Assembly: GCF_009914755.1 (NCBI RefSeq)
Contig: NC_060932.1
DNA length: 64,000 nucleotides
DNA from: the human T2T-CHM13v2.0 reference genome, Homo sapiens
Direction: 5' to 3' (one strand)
The position numbers and the translations under genes were made by a program. Below, in pieces: positions 32,852-48,245 of this stretch; the first letter of the stretch is position 1, and every line of letters begins with the position of its first letter. Under the pieces are notes generated by a model, which saw only the letters and a program-made list of their open reading frames with translations, did no database searches and was not told the origin of the DNA.

Positions 32852-33394
32852 ATGAACAAACAAGCAGGAAAGAATTAATCAAAACAGGTAACCTGAGTGA
32901 GGGCACCCATAACAATATCCGAATGAATAAAATTTCCCTACTAAAAAGACAAAGACCCTGTAATTGGTGGGAAATTCCAAGAGCCACTATAAATCAGAGA
33001 GACAGTGATTCAAAATAAAAGGATGGACAAATACAAACCGAACAAATAAGATTAAGAAGAAAGTGGGAGTGCAACATATGTTAATACATTCATTTGTTCA
33101 AAACTATTTCCTGTGTGGATACCTATGTGCCCAGCCCTACTCGAGGTGCTGGTGACATAGACAGAATTTTGGCCCTCGACAAAAACCATGTAAACATATT
33201 AACAATATAATTTCAAAAAATATAGCTTCAAATATGAAGAAATATTATTCACGGAAACAGGATTTAAGGCAAATAGCATTAAGTTAAGAAAAAGTAGTAT
33301 ACCTTCTTTGTCTATAGTATTTTAAAAGCAAAAGATCCTGCAATAGCTGAATTTTAACATTATAAAAAGAAAACAATTTTTTTTTCTGTTTAGC

Positions 33395-34213
<819 letters not shown>

Positions 34214-35401
34214 TTTTAAAAGGGTAAATTTTAATAAACCTGCATTCTTTACAAACTGGAAAACTATATTATCCAAATTTAATGAGAAAGACTGAGCTGT
34301 GCAGGAGAAAGGCCTGAAGATAAATCAGAACATTTCACATCTTCATCTTTCTTGACCGTGAAGCAGCAGTTGGCAGGATGGACCACCACCCTCCTCTCGA
34401 ATTGTACGTCTTCTGGCTGATGCCATTTTAGAGTCTCCAGGTTTCAGCTCCACAGTGAAGCTTACATTTCCTACCCCCAGGATTCATCCGAGCAGGAGGT
34501 CTCTGGAATTCACGCTTCTGCATGGCATCCATTTATCTCCCACTGAATTTTCCACTGCTTGCCATTGTGCACATAAACTGTAGCTTGGCCTGAGAGTGGA
34601 CCTTACCACTTCTCAAAAGGTACGTGTTGCCATGAAGAAGAAATCCAAGTTGCATGGAAAAGTTCCCAGAAACCATCAATTCAGTTTTGCTTTTTGAGCC
34701 TTCATTTGCGCAATCCATTGATGCTATAAATTACTGGTAAGGCTTATATGTCCCCTCATCTCCTCATTCAACAAGGAATTTGCATCCCAGAGGAAAAAAA
34801 ACCATAAGATAAAAGAATAGAAGAATGGCAATGAATTCCTGCATGCTTCTTAGCAGTGAGAGGGAAGAATTGGGGATACTGAGAGATCCCCCAAACCATG
34901 CCATTTGGATCATAGCAGAGGTGATATCCAAAATATTAAACTACGTGTACATGATGGACACAAACAATCAGACAGATGCCATCTGAAACCTCCACTACAG
35001 CCCCATGATGTGAGTCCTGGCTGCCTATCCCCTCCGGACATTGGCTGGAGCTGACGAAGTTTAAGACAGCAACGTGCCCTCTGCTTATACTCACTCCAAA
35101 CACTCTGCTCTTGGTAACAAATAATAATAGAGCTAATTGTTAGAAGTGGAATACTAATAATAAAGCATCCCACTGCTAAAATCACAAACAAACGACTCCA
35201 AACTCTACAAGTTATCAGCTACCAGGAATCATAAAAAGCAAATTGCATCACTCCTTTCTATCCAAAGTTTTTAGGTGCTTTTAGAAGCAGGACAGAGCTT
35301 CCGGGGGCCGCCAGTGACCATAAGCTACTACATTGTTGTTCATCCAGGACTTGGCAGAGAAGAGAGCCCCAGGGGGAGAGTTCAAGAATTCTAAAAACTG
35401 G

Positions 35402-35690
35402 GGCTTGTGTGTGGTGGCTCCTGCTTGTAATTCCAGCACTTTGGGAGGCCAAGGCAGGCAAATCTCTTGAACCCAGGAGTTTGAGACCAGCCTGGGCAAC
35501 ATGGCGAAACTTCGTCTCTACAAAAAATACAAAAATTAGCTGGGCATGGTAGTGTGCACCTGCAGTCCCAGCTACTCAGGAGGCTGAGGTGGGAGGATCA
35601 CTTGAGCCTGGGGAGGTCGAGGCTGCAGTGAGCTGCAGTTGTGCCACTGCTCTCCAGCTTGGGCAACAGAGCGAGAACCTGTGTCAATAA
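35402..35690 (+). mobile_element. AluJ
   Basis: Full dimer with ggaggtcgaggctgcagtgagc (AluJ type). Confidence 0.93.
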
Positions 35691-36019
35691 CATTTTTAAA
35701 GTTAAAAAAGAATTCTGAAAACTGGAAGCGGGGAGTGGGCAGACCAGTTGAAACTCAACGAGGAGGCAGTGAAAGACAACCTGGCCTGTGCAATCAGGCA
35801 CCTTTGCTGCCTCTTTTCCTTCTAAGACTGGCTGACGATGTGTCTATCCCCAGGACACAGGCCCAGTGTCAGGCTTCCAGAAATGCTCTACATCCCGAGA
35901 TGTGGGTAAAAGGGAGGGGAAGGGCCAGTCCATTCCCTCTTCCACCTCCAGCCAAGAACATTTGCAATCCCCATCAAAAGCCAAATGGAAGGAGAATGCA
36001 AGCTCATGAGCTTCCTTTT

Positions 36020-36388
36020 GCAAGGGGTTTGGTGTACAGATTATTTCATCTAGGTAATAAGCCTAGTACCTAATCAGTAGGCTTTTGATCCTCACCCTCC
36101 TCCCACCCTCCACCCTCAAGCATGCCATGGTGTCTGTTGTTCCTATCTTTATGTTCATGTGTACTCATTGTTTAGCTCCCACTTATAAGTGAGAACATGT
36201 GATATTTGGTTTCTGTTCCTGTATTAGCTCACTTAGGATAATGGCCTCCAGCTCCATCCATGTTGCTGCGAAGAATGTGATCTCATTCTTTTTTATGGTT
36301 GTGTAGTATTCCATGGCATATAGGTACCACATTTTCTTTATCAAGTCCAGCACTGATAGGCATCTAGGTTGATTCTATGTCTTTGCTA
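36020..36388 (-). mobile_element. L1PA (old) 3' end fragment
   Basis: ggggtttggtgtacagattatttcatc...gctcccacttataagtgagaacatg...ctatgtctttgcta. Confidence 0.9.
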
Positions 36389-36529
36389 GAGATTTAGAAG
36401 GTAGAATTGTCAGGACATTGGATGTGGTAAGGAATAAAAGAGAAAGAAAATTGTACATGACTCAAAGTTAGATGGTGGATTACTCAGCAAAAAATAATAA
36501 TGAATCGCCAACACAGTAACAAAGATGAA

Positions 36530-36810
36530 TAAGCTACATAGTGTACAATTCTATTTATATAACATTCTGGAAAAGACAAAACTACAGGGACAAAAAACAG
36601 ATCAGTTGTTTCCATGCACAGGGGCTTGGGACACAATTTGGGTACAAAGGGCATGAGTGAAGCTTTAGGGGTGGTGGAACCGTTCTGTACCCTGAGTATG
36701 GAAGTGGTTACATGACTATAAGCTTTTATTAAAACTCACAGAGCTGTGCACCAAAATGGCGAATGTTAATCTATGTCAATTATATCTCAATAAATCTGAC
36801 CTAAATAAAT
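36530..36810 (+). mobile_element. L1MC/ME 3' end
   Basis: aacattctggaaaagacaaaactacaggg...aaaactcacagagctgtgcacc...aattatatctcaataaa. Confidence 0.75.
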
Positions 36811-36929
36811 TTCTGTCTTGGGCAAATGAGTAGGAAATGATGTCACCCATTGATAAAGAAAATACTAGGGGAGGAACAGGTTTTAGCTGTAGAAAGACAG
36901 GCAGAAGAGGCTTTCTATTTGGATTGTTT

Positions 36930-37081
36930 ATTTAAAAATAGAGACAGGGTCTTGCTCTGTTGCTCAGGCTGGAGTGCAGCGTGTGATCACGGCTCACTGT
37001 AGCCTTGACCTCCTAGGCTCAAGTGATCCTCCCACCTCACCTTCCCAAGTAGATGGGACTGCAGGCGGGTGCCACCATGCT
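36930..37081 (-). mobile_element. FRAM/AluJ right-arm monomer within L2 relic
   Basis: gagacagggtcttgctctgttgctcaggctggagtgcag...ccaccatgc only. Confidence 0.85.
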
Positions 37082-37500
37082 TTGGTGGCATTGGCTATGT
37101 TGAATTTGAACATCCAAGAGATTGGAAGCCATCAGCAGCTGGACACATGGGTGTGGAAGAGGTAGTGAGAGAGGTCAGGAGCCATAATACAGAGTGGGCA
37201 GCCATCAGCTCACAGGGACACAGCCATGAGAATGGAGAGCTGGACCTGGGAGAGAGGGTCATGCTTGGGGGCATTCGGCAGCCAGCTGTCTTCCCTCCAT
37301 GTCTTCCCTGAAATACCTCCATCCTATGCCTATATATCCTTAAATAATTTAACTTTAATTTTTCCATTAGCATCTTTAAAAGCAAATATTCCTGGGAAAG
37401 GTAATGCAATGAAAAAAATAACCCTAATGTAACGATGGCTTAATGTACATTATAGAGGTCAGATCCTCTTATGAAAGTTGAGTTTGAATTTAGGGTGGTT

Positions 37501-37640
37501 GGCCAGGCACAGTGGCTCACACCTGTAATCCCAGCACTTTGGAAAGCTGAGGTGCAAGAATTGCTTGAGGCCAGGAGTTTGAGAGCAGCCTGGGCAATAT
37601 GGCAAGACCTCATATTTACAAAAAATTATTTAAAAAAAAA
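37501..37640 (+). mobile_element. FLAM-type Alu left monomer
   Basis: Single monomer with A tail; TSD ttagggtggt on both sides. Confidence 0.9.
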
Positions 37641-37760
37641 TTAGGGTGGTGCCCTTAAATACTTCAAAATGTAGAGCATATTTATCAAATTTGTCCAATG
37701 ATTGTGATGTATTATCTTTCCAAACATAGTTGAAAATGGAACGTTTCTTATCCTATATCA

Positions 37761-38054
37761 TTTTTTTTTTCCTTTTTTGAAACGGAGTCTCACTCTATCT
37801 CCCAGGCTGGATTGCAGTGGCACAGTCTCAGCTCACTGCAACCTCTGCCTCCCAGGTTGAAGCGATTCTCCTGCCTCAGTCTCCTGAGTAGCTAGGATTA
37901 CAGGTGCCTGCCACCACACCTGGGTAATTTTTTGTAATTTTAGTAGAGACGGCGTTTCACTATGTTGGCCAGGCTGGTCTCAAACTCCTGGCCTCAAGTG
38001 CCTACCTCGGCCTCCCACAGTGCTGGGATTACAGGCGTGAGCCACCATGCCCGG
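37761..38054 (-). mobile_element. AluS
   Basis: Reverse Alu dimer. Confidence 0.95.
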
Positions 38055-38621
38055 ATACGCTATATAATATCTATTAACCTCCTAGAGAGGGTTCTTCTAA
38101 ATGTTAGTTTGGGAAATTCTGCCTTATCTCAAAGGATGAGGATTGAGGCTGGCAGGCATTCCCCATGAAGTGCTGAGTCCTGGGTTAGACAAAAAAGCAT
38201 GCATGCAAGACCCAGGCATCCCCTAGTCCTCAAACTGGGCATCAGACAGAAACCAGCTATGGCGGCAGAGCAGAGAGGGGAGCCAGCCCTCTCCCAGGTC
38301 TCCCAGCCAATCCTCGCTTAGCCATACGTCAGCCCAAAGGATAGTTAGCCCTGACTGCTGATTCTGGAATACTAACCTCAAAGGTTTTGGGTTTCAGATT
38401 CAGATAAGGAAGAAAAAAGAAACCGAATCATGAAATTCAATGGGAAAACAAGTAAAAATAAATAGATAAGTTTAAACTTTTACAGCATTTACATGATTAA
38501 ACAAATGATGTTCATTGTAGTTGGTGATATTTTCCATACATAACTTATCAAGTAACAATCCAGTAATCTATAACTTCATTTAAAAGAATTAAATACAGAT
38601 ATATATATACATACATATAAT

Positions 38622-38622
<1 letters not shown>

Positions 38623-38664
<42 letters not shown>

Positions 38665-38670
38665 TAGATA
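38623..38670 (+). repeat. (TAGA)10 tetranucleotide STR
   Basis: Ten perfect TAGA units at 38623-38662, then tatagata. Confidence 0.95.
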
Positions 38671-39073
38671 AAGTGAAAAGGTTTATTATGAGAAATAACG
38701 TAACAAAAGAGAATGTGCCTATTGTTTCTTTTCCTCCTCTCTTAGTGGTTTTTTTCCCTGGGAGACCAAGTAACAACATGGGAGTGAGCTGATAGATGCT
38801 GATCTGAAGAAGTGGTGACCGTGCCAGTTAGCAATTTGTAAACGCCAGGCGGTGGCAGGTGCTTAATTATAATTGTACAAACTAACAATGTACATATTCC
38901 AGTTATTTTTAACTCAGTATTCTGAAATAATTGTAGACTCATAGGAAGTTGCAAAAATAATACAGAGAGGGTCCTGTGTACCCTTCACCATCCTGATTCC
39001 TGCAATGCTAACTGTACAGTACAGAATACAGCACATCAACAAGAAGCTGCTAACTGGTCTATAAATCTTATTA

Positions 39074-39385
<312 letters not shown>

Positions 39386-39731
39386 CTAAAGGGGAAATTG
39401 GAGTTTTCTTATTCTGATTTGCTTTGGTTTATTTCTCCTTCCTCTTCAGAAATACTCACTTCAGGGACTACAGGTACAATGCCAGACAGACCTGCAAAAC
39501 TGCATTGTTACCTAAATTTTGACCTTACATCCACAAGGAGTCTTGGGGACAGAATCCAGTTAACTCCACCCAAATTTGGCTCCAGCTTTGTTTATATCTA
39601 AATGCCTATGAGCAGCTCAGGAGTTTCCTCAGCTAGAACAGGCGAATTCTGATTATCAGAATAATGATATTCTGGGCTAATATCATTGTAATGACTTGGC
39701 TTTTAAGGCAGTTTCCCTGTATATGGGGACA

Positions 39732-40198
39732 CGTGGAGGCTGGAAGGCAAAAAAGGGCCCAATTTTTATCCTTCCCTGAATCACACCCTCTGCAATGTAA
39801 CTTTCTCCTACCATCAAGGGGTAGCATCTATGGCCCATCTCTTGAATTTGCACTGGCCCTGCAACTTGGGTAGGTCAGTGGTATGTGAAGAAGTAACAGG
39901 GAGCCAGGCAGTTCTGAGCCCAGACCTCAAGAGGCTACAACTTCTGTACTTCTTCTTGAAGCCCCGCAGTCCCCATATGAACAAGGCCAGGCCAGCCTGC
40001 TGGAGAAGGACCATGAGGAGCAGGGCCGACACAGCCCATCTGAGGCCACCTTCGATCATGCAGCTGACAGCAGATTGCTGAACCAGCCCCGCCGAAAGCA
40101 GCCATGCCTAGCCCAGCAATAAACACCTCACCAGCCCATAGACTTGTGAAACTTATTTTGGTAAGTTACTGGTTTTGCGATTTTAGATAACTGGTACA
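39732..40198 (+). mobile_element. MLT1 (F/G/H-like) LTR
   Basis: ccttccctgaatcacaccctctgcaatgtaacttt...ttctgagcccagacctcaagagg...agataactggtaca. Confidence 0.75.
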
Positions 40199-40629
40199 GG
40201 CAAAGACTTCCTTGAGTGGGGTACAGAAATGTGCAGATGAAAGAGGAATGAGTTTTTAGCTAAGAGCTGGACTAGCCAGGTTGCTCACTGGAGTTCATGT
40301 GACTGTCATGAACACCCCAGAACAGCAAATCAGTTGTGAACTAAATGTTTACTGCAGGCTGAAAATAAGAATGAAGTGGGAGGACCCCAGTGGTCCTTAG
40401 AGCTAGCTGAATGGTTTTCTCCAGGGAAGAAAGAAAGTTTATACAAGGGCTTTTACGCTGGCCTTATGCTAGCCCCTGAGAGCCAGGAAGAAAAGAGCGA
40501 GCAGGAGACTGCTGAGCTATAAGCAGGGGGAAGCTGCATGGCTCCTTGGGGCTGGGGAAGTTTTCCTAGGGTAAAGGGATTTCCAGCCTAAAGGTAATAA
40601 AGCTTTTATCTCTCTTGTCTTGAGGTTTC

Positions 40630-40750
40630 ATGCAAACAACAAATATTTGTTGAATGTCTACTGTTTTCATTGCACTCACCACTGCCCTTCCTCATGTCCT
40701 GTGCAGCGATTGGCAAGCAGTTTCTGCCTTCAAGACTCAGTCTAGTGAGG
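40630..40750 (-). mobile_element. L2 fragment
   Basis: caacaaatatttgttgaatgtctactgt...ctgccttcaagactcagtctagt. Confidence 0.6.
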
Positions 40751-41367
40751 TGCTACCAGAAGTCTAGACAGGGAGCCAGGCTGGGGTAAGGCCCTACTGG
40801 TAGTGGCACCGCTGGAGGGGATGCAGAGAAAAGGCAGAGCCCTCTGATTACTTTCACTGACTCTCATGGTCTGAGGGCTGTTGGTAAAGTTCCTATTGAA
40901 CAGAGAATGCAAAATCCTTTATCGTATGGTCATGCAAATTATTACTTCAATACAGAGCATTCAAACAAGTATCAACAAGGCAAAGCTTCCATGACCAATC
41001 ACATGGAGGGACCTCCAGGTGTCTGGCTGCAGGGCCCCTTGGGGGAGAGGCAAGCATCCAACACAGACACTGATCCATCAATACAAGCCGGGATCACACC
41101 TCCTAGGGAAAGTGAAGGTGCTCTGAGCACACTGAGGAGCAGAAAAGCCTAGTCAGAAAAGACTTCCCATGAAACTGGCATTCAAACACATATCTGAAGG
41201 ATGAGTTACTTGGGGAAGAGAGGGGATCCTTCAGGAAGGGCACAGAATGAGCAAGACTAAGAGGTGGAGAGGTTGTTAGGAGAATAGCAGGATCAAAAAG
41301 TATAGCCGTGAAGCTGGACAGAGAGTTGGGGGAGCCCGGTGGGCTCAGTCAAGAATATTTGGTCTTA

Positions 41368-41661
41368 GGCCAATCACACCTGTAATCCCAGCACTTTGGG
41401 AGGCTGAGACAGGAGGATCACTTGAGCCCAGGAGTTCGAGAGCAGACTGGACAATGTAGTAAGATGCTGTCTCTACAAAAAATAAAAAATTAGCCAGGCC
41501 TGATGGCAGGCACTTGTAGTCCCGGCTACTCAAGAGACTGAGACGATGATCACTTGAGCTCAGGAGTTCAGGGCTGCAGTGAGCTATGATGGCACCAATG
41601 CAATCCAGCCCAGGAACAGAGCAAGACCTTGTCTCAAAAGAAAAAAATAAAAATAAAAAAA
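41368..41661 (+). mobile_element. AluJ inside an L2 relic
   Basis: Dimer with a short 5' deletion; tggtctt on both flanks. Confidence 0.9.
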
Positions 41662-41714
41662 TGGTCTTTATTCCAAATGCAGTGGGAAGACTTAGAAGGG
41701 GAATCACCATCACG

Positions 41715-41793
41715 TCAGTTTGAACCATATGAAATTGACATTTTTGCTGGTCAAAAATGACCAACGCTGGCAGTTTTATATGGTTCAACCTAA
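41715..41793. mobile_element. MADE2 mariner MITE
   Basis: ~80-bp palindrome: ttgaaccatatgaaattg ... cagttttatatggttcaacctaa. Confidence 0.85.
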
Positions 41794-41795
41794 TA

Positions 41796-42000
41796 CAGGT
41801 TTGAGCATCCCAAATCCAAAAATCTAAAATGTTCCAAAATACAAAACTTTTTCAGGGCGGACATGATGCTCAAAGGAAATGCACGTTGGAACATTTTGGA
41901 TTTCAGATTTTCAGATCTGAGATGCTCAGCCAGTAAATATAATGACAATACTCCAAAATCTAAAAGTCCAAAGTCCAAAACACTTCTGGTCCCAAGCATT
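41796..42000 (+). mobile_element. Tigger4a (MER46-like) DNA transposon, right end missing
   Basis: caggtttgagcatccc...gctcaaaggaaatgc...aaacacttctggtcccaagcatt. Confidence 0.85.
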
Positions 42001-42921
42001 CTGTTCTATCCTCCATCTGTATTTCGAAAAGAGTCTTCAGCCCGACCCTTCCAAGGTTGACTATTTGTTGTTGGTCTTTTAATTCCAAGGTGATTTTCTC
42101 ATTTCCTTTCACAGGCAAGTCAAGCCTTGGCACCAACAGAGCAGGGAGTGAGAAGTGTGGGGGCCGAGGCCAGATGGGCCCCGCATCCTACTTTCTGGAG
42201 CAGCAGCGACACTGTCATCTTGCTCACCTTTCTTCACAGCCTGCAGTGCCCCACGTGGAGGTGTGGGCTCACCAGGGAGGACTCTCACCTCGGACAGCTG
42301 ATCCCTGTCCCCTGTGCCCAGGGACATTCTTCTTGCCAGGAGTTGATGAGTTCCCAGTGGAGGTGGAGGACTCCTAAGCTTTTCAAGGGATGGGCTCAAG
42401 TAATACAATGCCCCCACACACCCAGCCATCGGCGGCCCCTCATTCTCAGCTTTCAGTTGCTTCTGTGTATGCGAGACCAGAATCCAGGTCACAGCTCAAC
42501 TGGACATCATGGCACTGACATTGTTCATTTTCATTTTGGCAGCACGCACAGAGCTGTTCAACAGAAGGTCACAGCGAGATCATATAAACCAAATTTAGCC
42601 ATCTGGGTACAAGGAGAGACTTAGGTGATTCGTGTCTGATAAGGAAAACCAGACTTTCACAAAGCATCCTTTAGTGGGAGCCTTTTAGAAACCCCAGAGA
42701 TGACACCTGTCAAACTTCACAGCACACTTGGGCTTGAGGGGACCGGAGAGTGCACAGGCTCCCTGTGTAGATGAGAACCCGAGGAGATGGTGGTAGTTTT
42801 CTCATCTTAGACTAACTCCTACATCCCAGAGTCCCAGAGCACTTTATGTTCCCTGGTCACACGTTGAGGGAGGCAGTTTTAAACTAACTGGAGCAGAGGG
42901 GCTGGGGAAGGGCTTAGTTCA

Positions 42922-43333
<412 letters not shown>

Positions 43334-44270
43334 AAACAAGAGATTTGGCAGGGGTGGGGTGGAAATCAGGAAATCACACACCGGATAGCAAAATCTCACA
43401 CAACTTTTCTTTCAATATCTCTCCTCATTTCCTGAAGACTCTTCCACCAAAATCTATCCCATTATTTCTTCCCCCTCTCCCACACAGTTCCTCAGATCAC
43501 CTCCAACTGCCACAGCCCACTCAGCAAGGCAGAAGCCAGACATGTGGCCTCCTCATCTTCATTCTCCATCCTTGGAAGCCACTTAGTGAGGAATTGAGAG
43601 AGATGGGGTGGTATGGGATGGGGACAGGGGGAGTTTGATTTATCAAGTATTCACTCTCCAGCATTGGCCTCTTCTTAGAGGAGAGAATTTAAAATGTCCT
43701 ATATTACTATTATTTCCCATATTATAATATTATTAGTAGTAGGCCAAAGAAAACAGACTCAAGGAGACAAAAGGACAAAAATTTCAGTGTACAAACACAA
43801 TCAAATAAGCATTAAGTGAGAACTGTTCACGGTCCAGGGTGACTTTGAAAATGGCCTCTTCAATGACAGAGGAAAATGAAGTTATCGGGAAAGCCATCAC
43901 GTGTCACACACCGAGATTCTGTGACTGTTAAATTTTAATACGTTCGGTGCAAGGAAAATTGAAATTTCTGAAGAAAAGAAAAGCCAAAGGGCAAAGAGAA
44001 GAGAAATGAAACCAGCCTGGAAGTGGGGGAGTGGAAGCTGGGGGTGACACGAGGCCCTGGCACCATGACCTCTTTCTTGTAAGGGAGATAGACGTGCTCT
44101 CAATCACTGTGGGCGCAACCAGGGGGTCATGCCTTTGAAAAATGACAAAAACTACTGAAACTAAGGGGAAAACACAGAGCGAAGGCAGTTAACTCTCAGT
44201 TGTTCAAGGGCTGATGCTGAACTTGGGAATGATCTAGACTTTGCCTTTCTTCCTCCTCCTTTCCTGAATG

Positions 44271-44469
44271 TTGGCAAACTCACTGCTCACAACCACCTTA
44301 TCCTGATGTTGAACAACCCTGCACCTAGCACATTAGTTAAATATTAGCATCTTTGATTAACGTTCTAGAGAGCCAGGGAAGAGTGTTTAAATTTTCAGTA
44401 TAGCCATGAATTTTTGACAAATTTGAGAACTGACTCCATAGGAGTGAATGTGCTATTCCCAGGAACCCA
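44271..44469 (+). repeat. Unassigned direct repeat, copy A
   Basis: Aligns to 46549-46748; core 44311-44469 is ~88% identical with one indel. Confidence 0.92.
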
Positions 44470-45216
44470 CACCTTGACAGCCGAAGATCGGCAACGCAGC
44501 TATTAAGTTCTGCCTTAAGGAATTCTCACCATCAGCGTGGAAGGAGATGTCCAGAAAAAAATGTGGGGGGATTAGGATCGTGCCAAGAATAAAAAGGAAA
44601 ATACAGATAACATCTAACTACTTTTGTAGAGGCCCTTCCTCCAAATGTTGCACCACTTTCCCCAATACCCAAAGAAAAAGATTTTACTTGGGGAAAAAAG
44701 TCAGCAGCAGCACACACAAAAATGACCACACCACAAGGTGCAAGCATTAAAACCACGAAAAACGTTAATGTATATGATTGAGAACACAACTGAAATAATC
44801 AGTAACAAAATATTGATCACCTCGTCCGGGATCTGATAGGTAAATGGTTGAGTGAGTCGCGCCAGCCCTCAAAGAGTTTATAACTGTGTTGTAGGCTGTA
44901 CAAAAAGACTAACACCCAGGAAGCAAAGAGTATTTAGGACAGAAGGTCATTGCCAACGAAATTGTTTCATGCCAATTGTAAGTTGCTGTAGTCCAGGGGC
45001 AGGGGTGGTTGATGGGGTTTTCTAGGCAATAAAGGGCTCAGCTTTGATTGGTGAAAAGAACAAAGGCCGGTCAAGAAAAGAGGGGAAGGAAATTTAAAGT
45101 AGAACAGCCGAATAGAACATCAGATGGGGGCTAGATACAGCTCCTCTACTTCTAGACAAGAAGTAATTACCAAGTAAAGAGAAAGCAGATGCTTGCCCGT
45201 GGACATACAGAAATTA

Positions 45217-45542
<326 letters not shown>

Positions 45543-45913
45543 AAATTAAACAACCAGCTAAGTCTCACTCTCCAGAACAATCTTTTTGGAAACTGAGGAT
45601 GGAGGTGGAAAAGAAAGACCTTTTGTGGCTCTATTTTAGCCTACCCAAGAAAAACAATCTCAGCACTTCAAGTTTCTATTGAAAAGAAGATCGCTGAGTT
45701 TGGTTATCGATCCTCAGAAGGAGAGGATGGGACATCATAGTTTTGAGCAATGGTCGCCTCATTGGAAAAACAATTACTGCCATGAAGATCTGCACAACAG
45801 GAACTTATGATAATAGCACCTACTACATGGAGTGATTGAGAGGACTGCATGGAGTCATTTCTCTGAACTTTGCATCTTCCTCTGCAAAGTGAAAAAGCAG
45901 GTGAGGAAACTCA

Positions 45914-46315
<402 letters not shown>

Positions 46316-46548
46316 TTAAGAGAGGCTCTGAGTCCACAGGACTCTCATGGAGGGTAAGAAACTTGAGAGGAGAACTGCGCTGGGGTGGCTAGTGTCTCTC
46401 TGGAATGGCCTTTGGGTCTTGCACAGGCCTCCTGCCCGGGACCACAGGAATAGTGGCCTTCCAGGAAGGCCAGAGGATTCAGGGGTTGCCTGAGGTGTGC
46501 AATGTGAGTATGGCTTTCTCCAACCACAACCCAACGCACAGCTTTATC

Positions 46549-46748
46549 TTGGCAAATTTGTTGCTCATAAGCTCTTTGTCCCAGTGGTGAACAACCCTGC
46601 ACCAAGCACATTAGTCAAATATTTGCATTTTTGATCAAAGTTCCAGAGAGCTGGGGAAGAGTGTTTAAATTTTTATGACAGCCATGAATTTTTGACTATT
46701 TTGAGAACTGACTCCATCAGGAGTAAATGTGCTATTCCCCAGAACCCA
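46549..46748 (+). repeat. Unassigned direct repeat, copy B
   Basis: gaacaaccctgcacc...gggaagagtgtttaaatttt...gagaactgactccat...aatgtgctattccc shared with copy A. Confidence 0.92.
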
Positions 46749-46893
46749 GCCCCTCCACCCCGACGAGGCTGCCTGGGTGGGAAGCCCCATACTCAACAGA
46801 GAGCAGGCAAGGGCCAGGCTTCTGTGGAAGACTACCTGGGTCTCCATGGGACCCCCTGGAGCACTGGGCTGCGGGCTTACAAAACCCAATCCT

Positions 46894-47190
46894 GACCAGG
46901 TGGGGTGGCTCATGCCTGTAATCCCAGGACTTTGGGAGGCCAAGGTGGGAGAACTGCTTGGGCCCAAGAGTTTGAGACTAGCCTGGGCAACAAAGTGAGA
47001 CACCATCTCTACAAAAATTAAAACAATTAGCCAGGTGTGATGGTGCCTGCCTGCAAATTCAGCTACTTGGAAGGCTGAGGTGGGGGGATCGCCTGAGCCC
47101 AAGAGGTCAAGGCTGGAGTGAGCTATGGTTGCACTACTGCACTCTAGCCTGGGCAACAAAGCGAGACCCTGTCTCAAAAAAACCAAAAAA
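46894..47190 (+). mobile_element. AluJ
   Basis: Dimer; TSD aaaaYccaatYct. Confidence 0.92.
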
Positions 47191-47199
47191 ATCCAATTC

Positions 47200-48245
47200 T
47201 CTCTATTTCCTTAGTCAGCAGGGAGATTAAAATGAAAACAACAGCCATACTACTACACTTCCACCAAATAGGTAAAGTGAAAAGACAGAAAATACTATTA
47301 ATGAGGATGTGGAGCAAACAGGAAGCTCACACACTGCTGTGTATAATCGTTTCCATCCTAGGAAACCAATCGGCAGGATCTATTAAAACTGAACAGGCCT
47401 GGGCCACATGGCCCTAGAAATTTGACTCCTAGGCATGCACCCAACAAAAATGCATATACAGGTTCACCAAAAAACATGTATAAGAATGCTCATAGCAGCA
47501 CTACTTACAAAAAACCCAAACTGGAAATGCCCAGCAACAAGAAAGTGGGTAAACCCATCATGCATCTTTAAACAAAGGGATATCATGAAGTAAAAAGGAT
47601 GAACAATCTGCAACTATATACATCAACATGGCTGAGTCTGAACAACATAATATTAAGCAAAGGAAGCCTGATCAGGTGTGGTGGCTCATGCCTGTAATCC
47701 CAACACTTTGGGAGACCAAGGTGGGAGGGATCGCGTAAGCCCAGGAGTTTGAGACCAGCCTGGGCAACAAAGCAAGACCCCGACTCTACAAAAATATTTT
47801 TAAAAATTAGCCAGGTGCAGTGGCATGCCCCTGTGATCCCAGCTACTTCGGAGGGTGAGGCGGGAGGATCGCTTAGCTCAGCAAGTCAAGATTGCAGCGA
47901 GCCAAGATCGCATCACAGCTTTCCAGCCTGAATGACAGAGTGAGAACCTGTCTCAAAAAAAAGAAAAAAAGAAAATGAAACCAGACACAGAAAAGTATTC
48001 ACTGTGTGATTTCCCATTATGAAGTTTGAAATGGGCAAAACTAATCTATAGTATTTGAAGTCAGGATAGTAGTTACCTTTGGAAGTGAGGGAATAGAAGG
48101 AAATACCAGGGGGGGAGTTAAGGGATGCTGGCAATATTCTGCTTCTCATTTTGGATACTGGTTACGTGGACATGTTCAGTCCATAAAAATGTATGGAGCT
48201 GTACACTTATGATGTGGGCACTTTTTGTATATAGATGAAACTTTA
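47200..48245 (+). mobile_element. L1M (ME/MC) 3' region split by Alu
   Basis: ttagtcagcagggagattaaaatgaaaac...gaggatgtggagcaa...gaagtcaggatagtagttaccttt...gctgtacacttatgat. Confidence 0.75.
47670..47978 (+). mobile_element. AluJ
   Basis: Full dimer. Confidence 0.92.

Noticed and set aside
32195-32863. ORFs of 222, 205 and 155 aa (Ser/Leu/Pro-rich or Arg/Glu/Gly-rich)
   Set aside because: They are translations of the stop-free GA tract fused to an L1 fragment.
42057-42624. Overlapping ORFs and minus-strand gtgag donor motifs in GC-richer unique DNA
   Set aside because: No recognisable protein, and the candidate acceptor (aaaagcttag) lacks a pyrimidine tract.
44400-44425. Sm-site-like AATTTTTGA in both repeat copies, suggesting an snRNA or snoRNA
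   Set aside because: The flanks do not match U2, U4 or U5 as I recall them, and there is no properly placed C box/D box pair.
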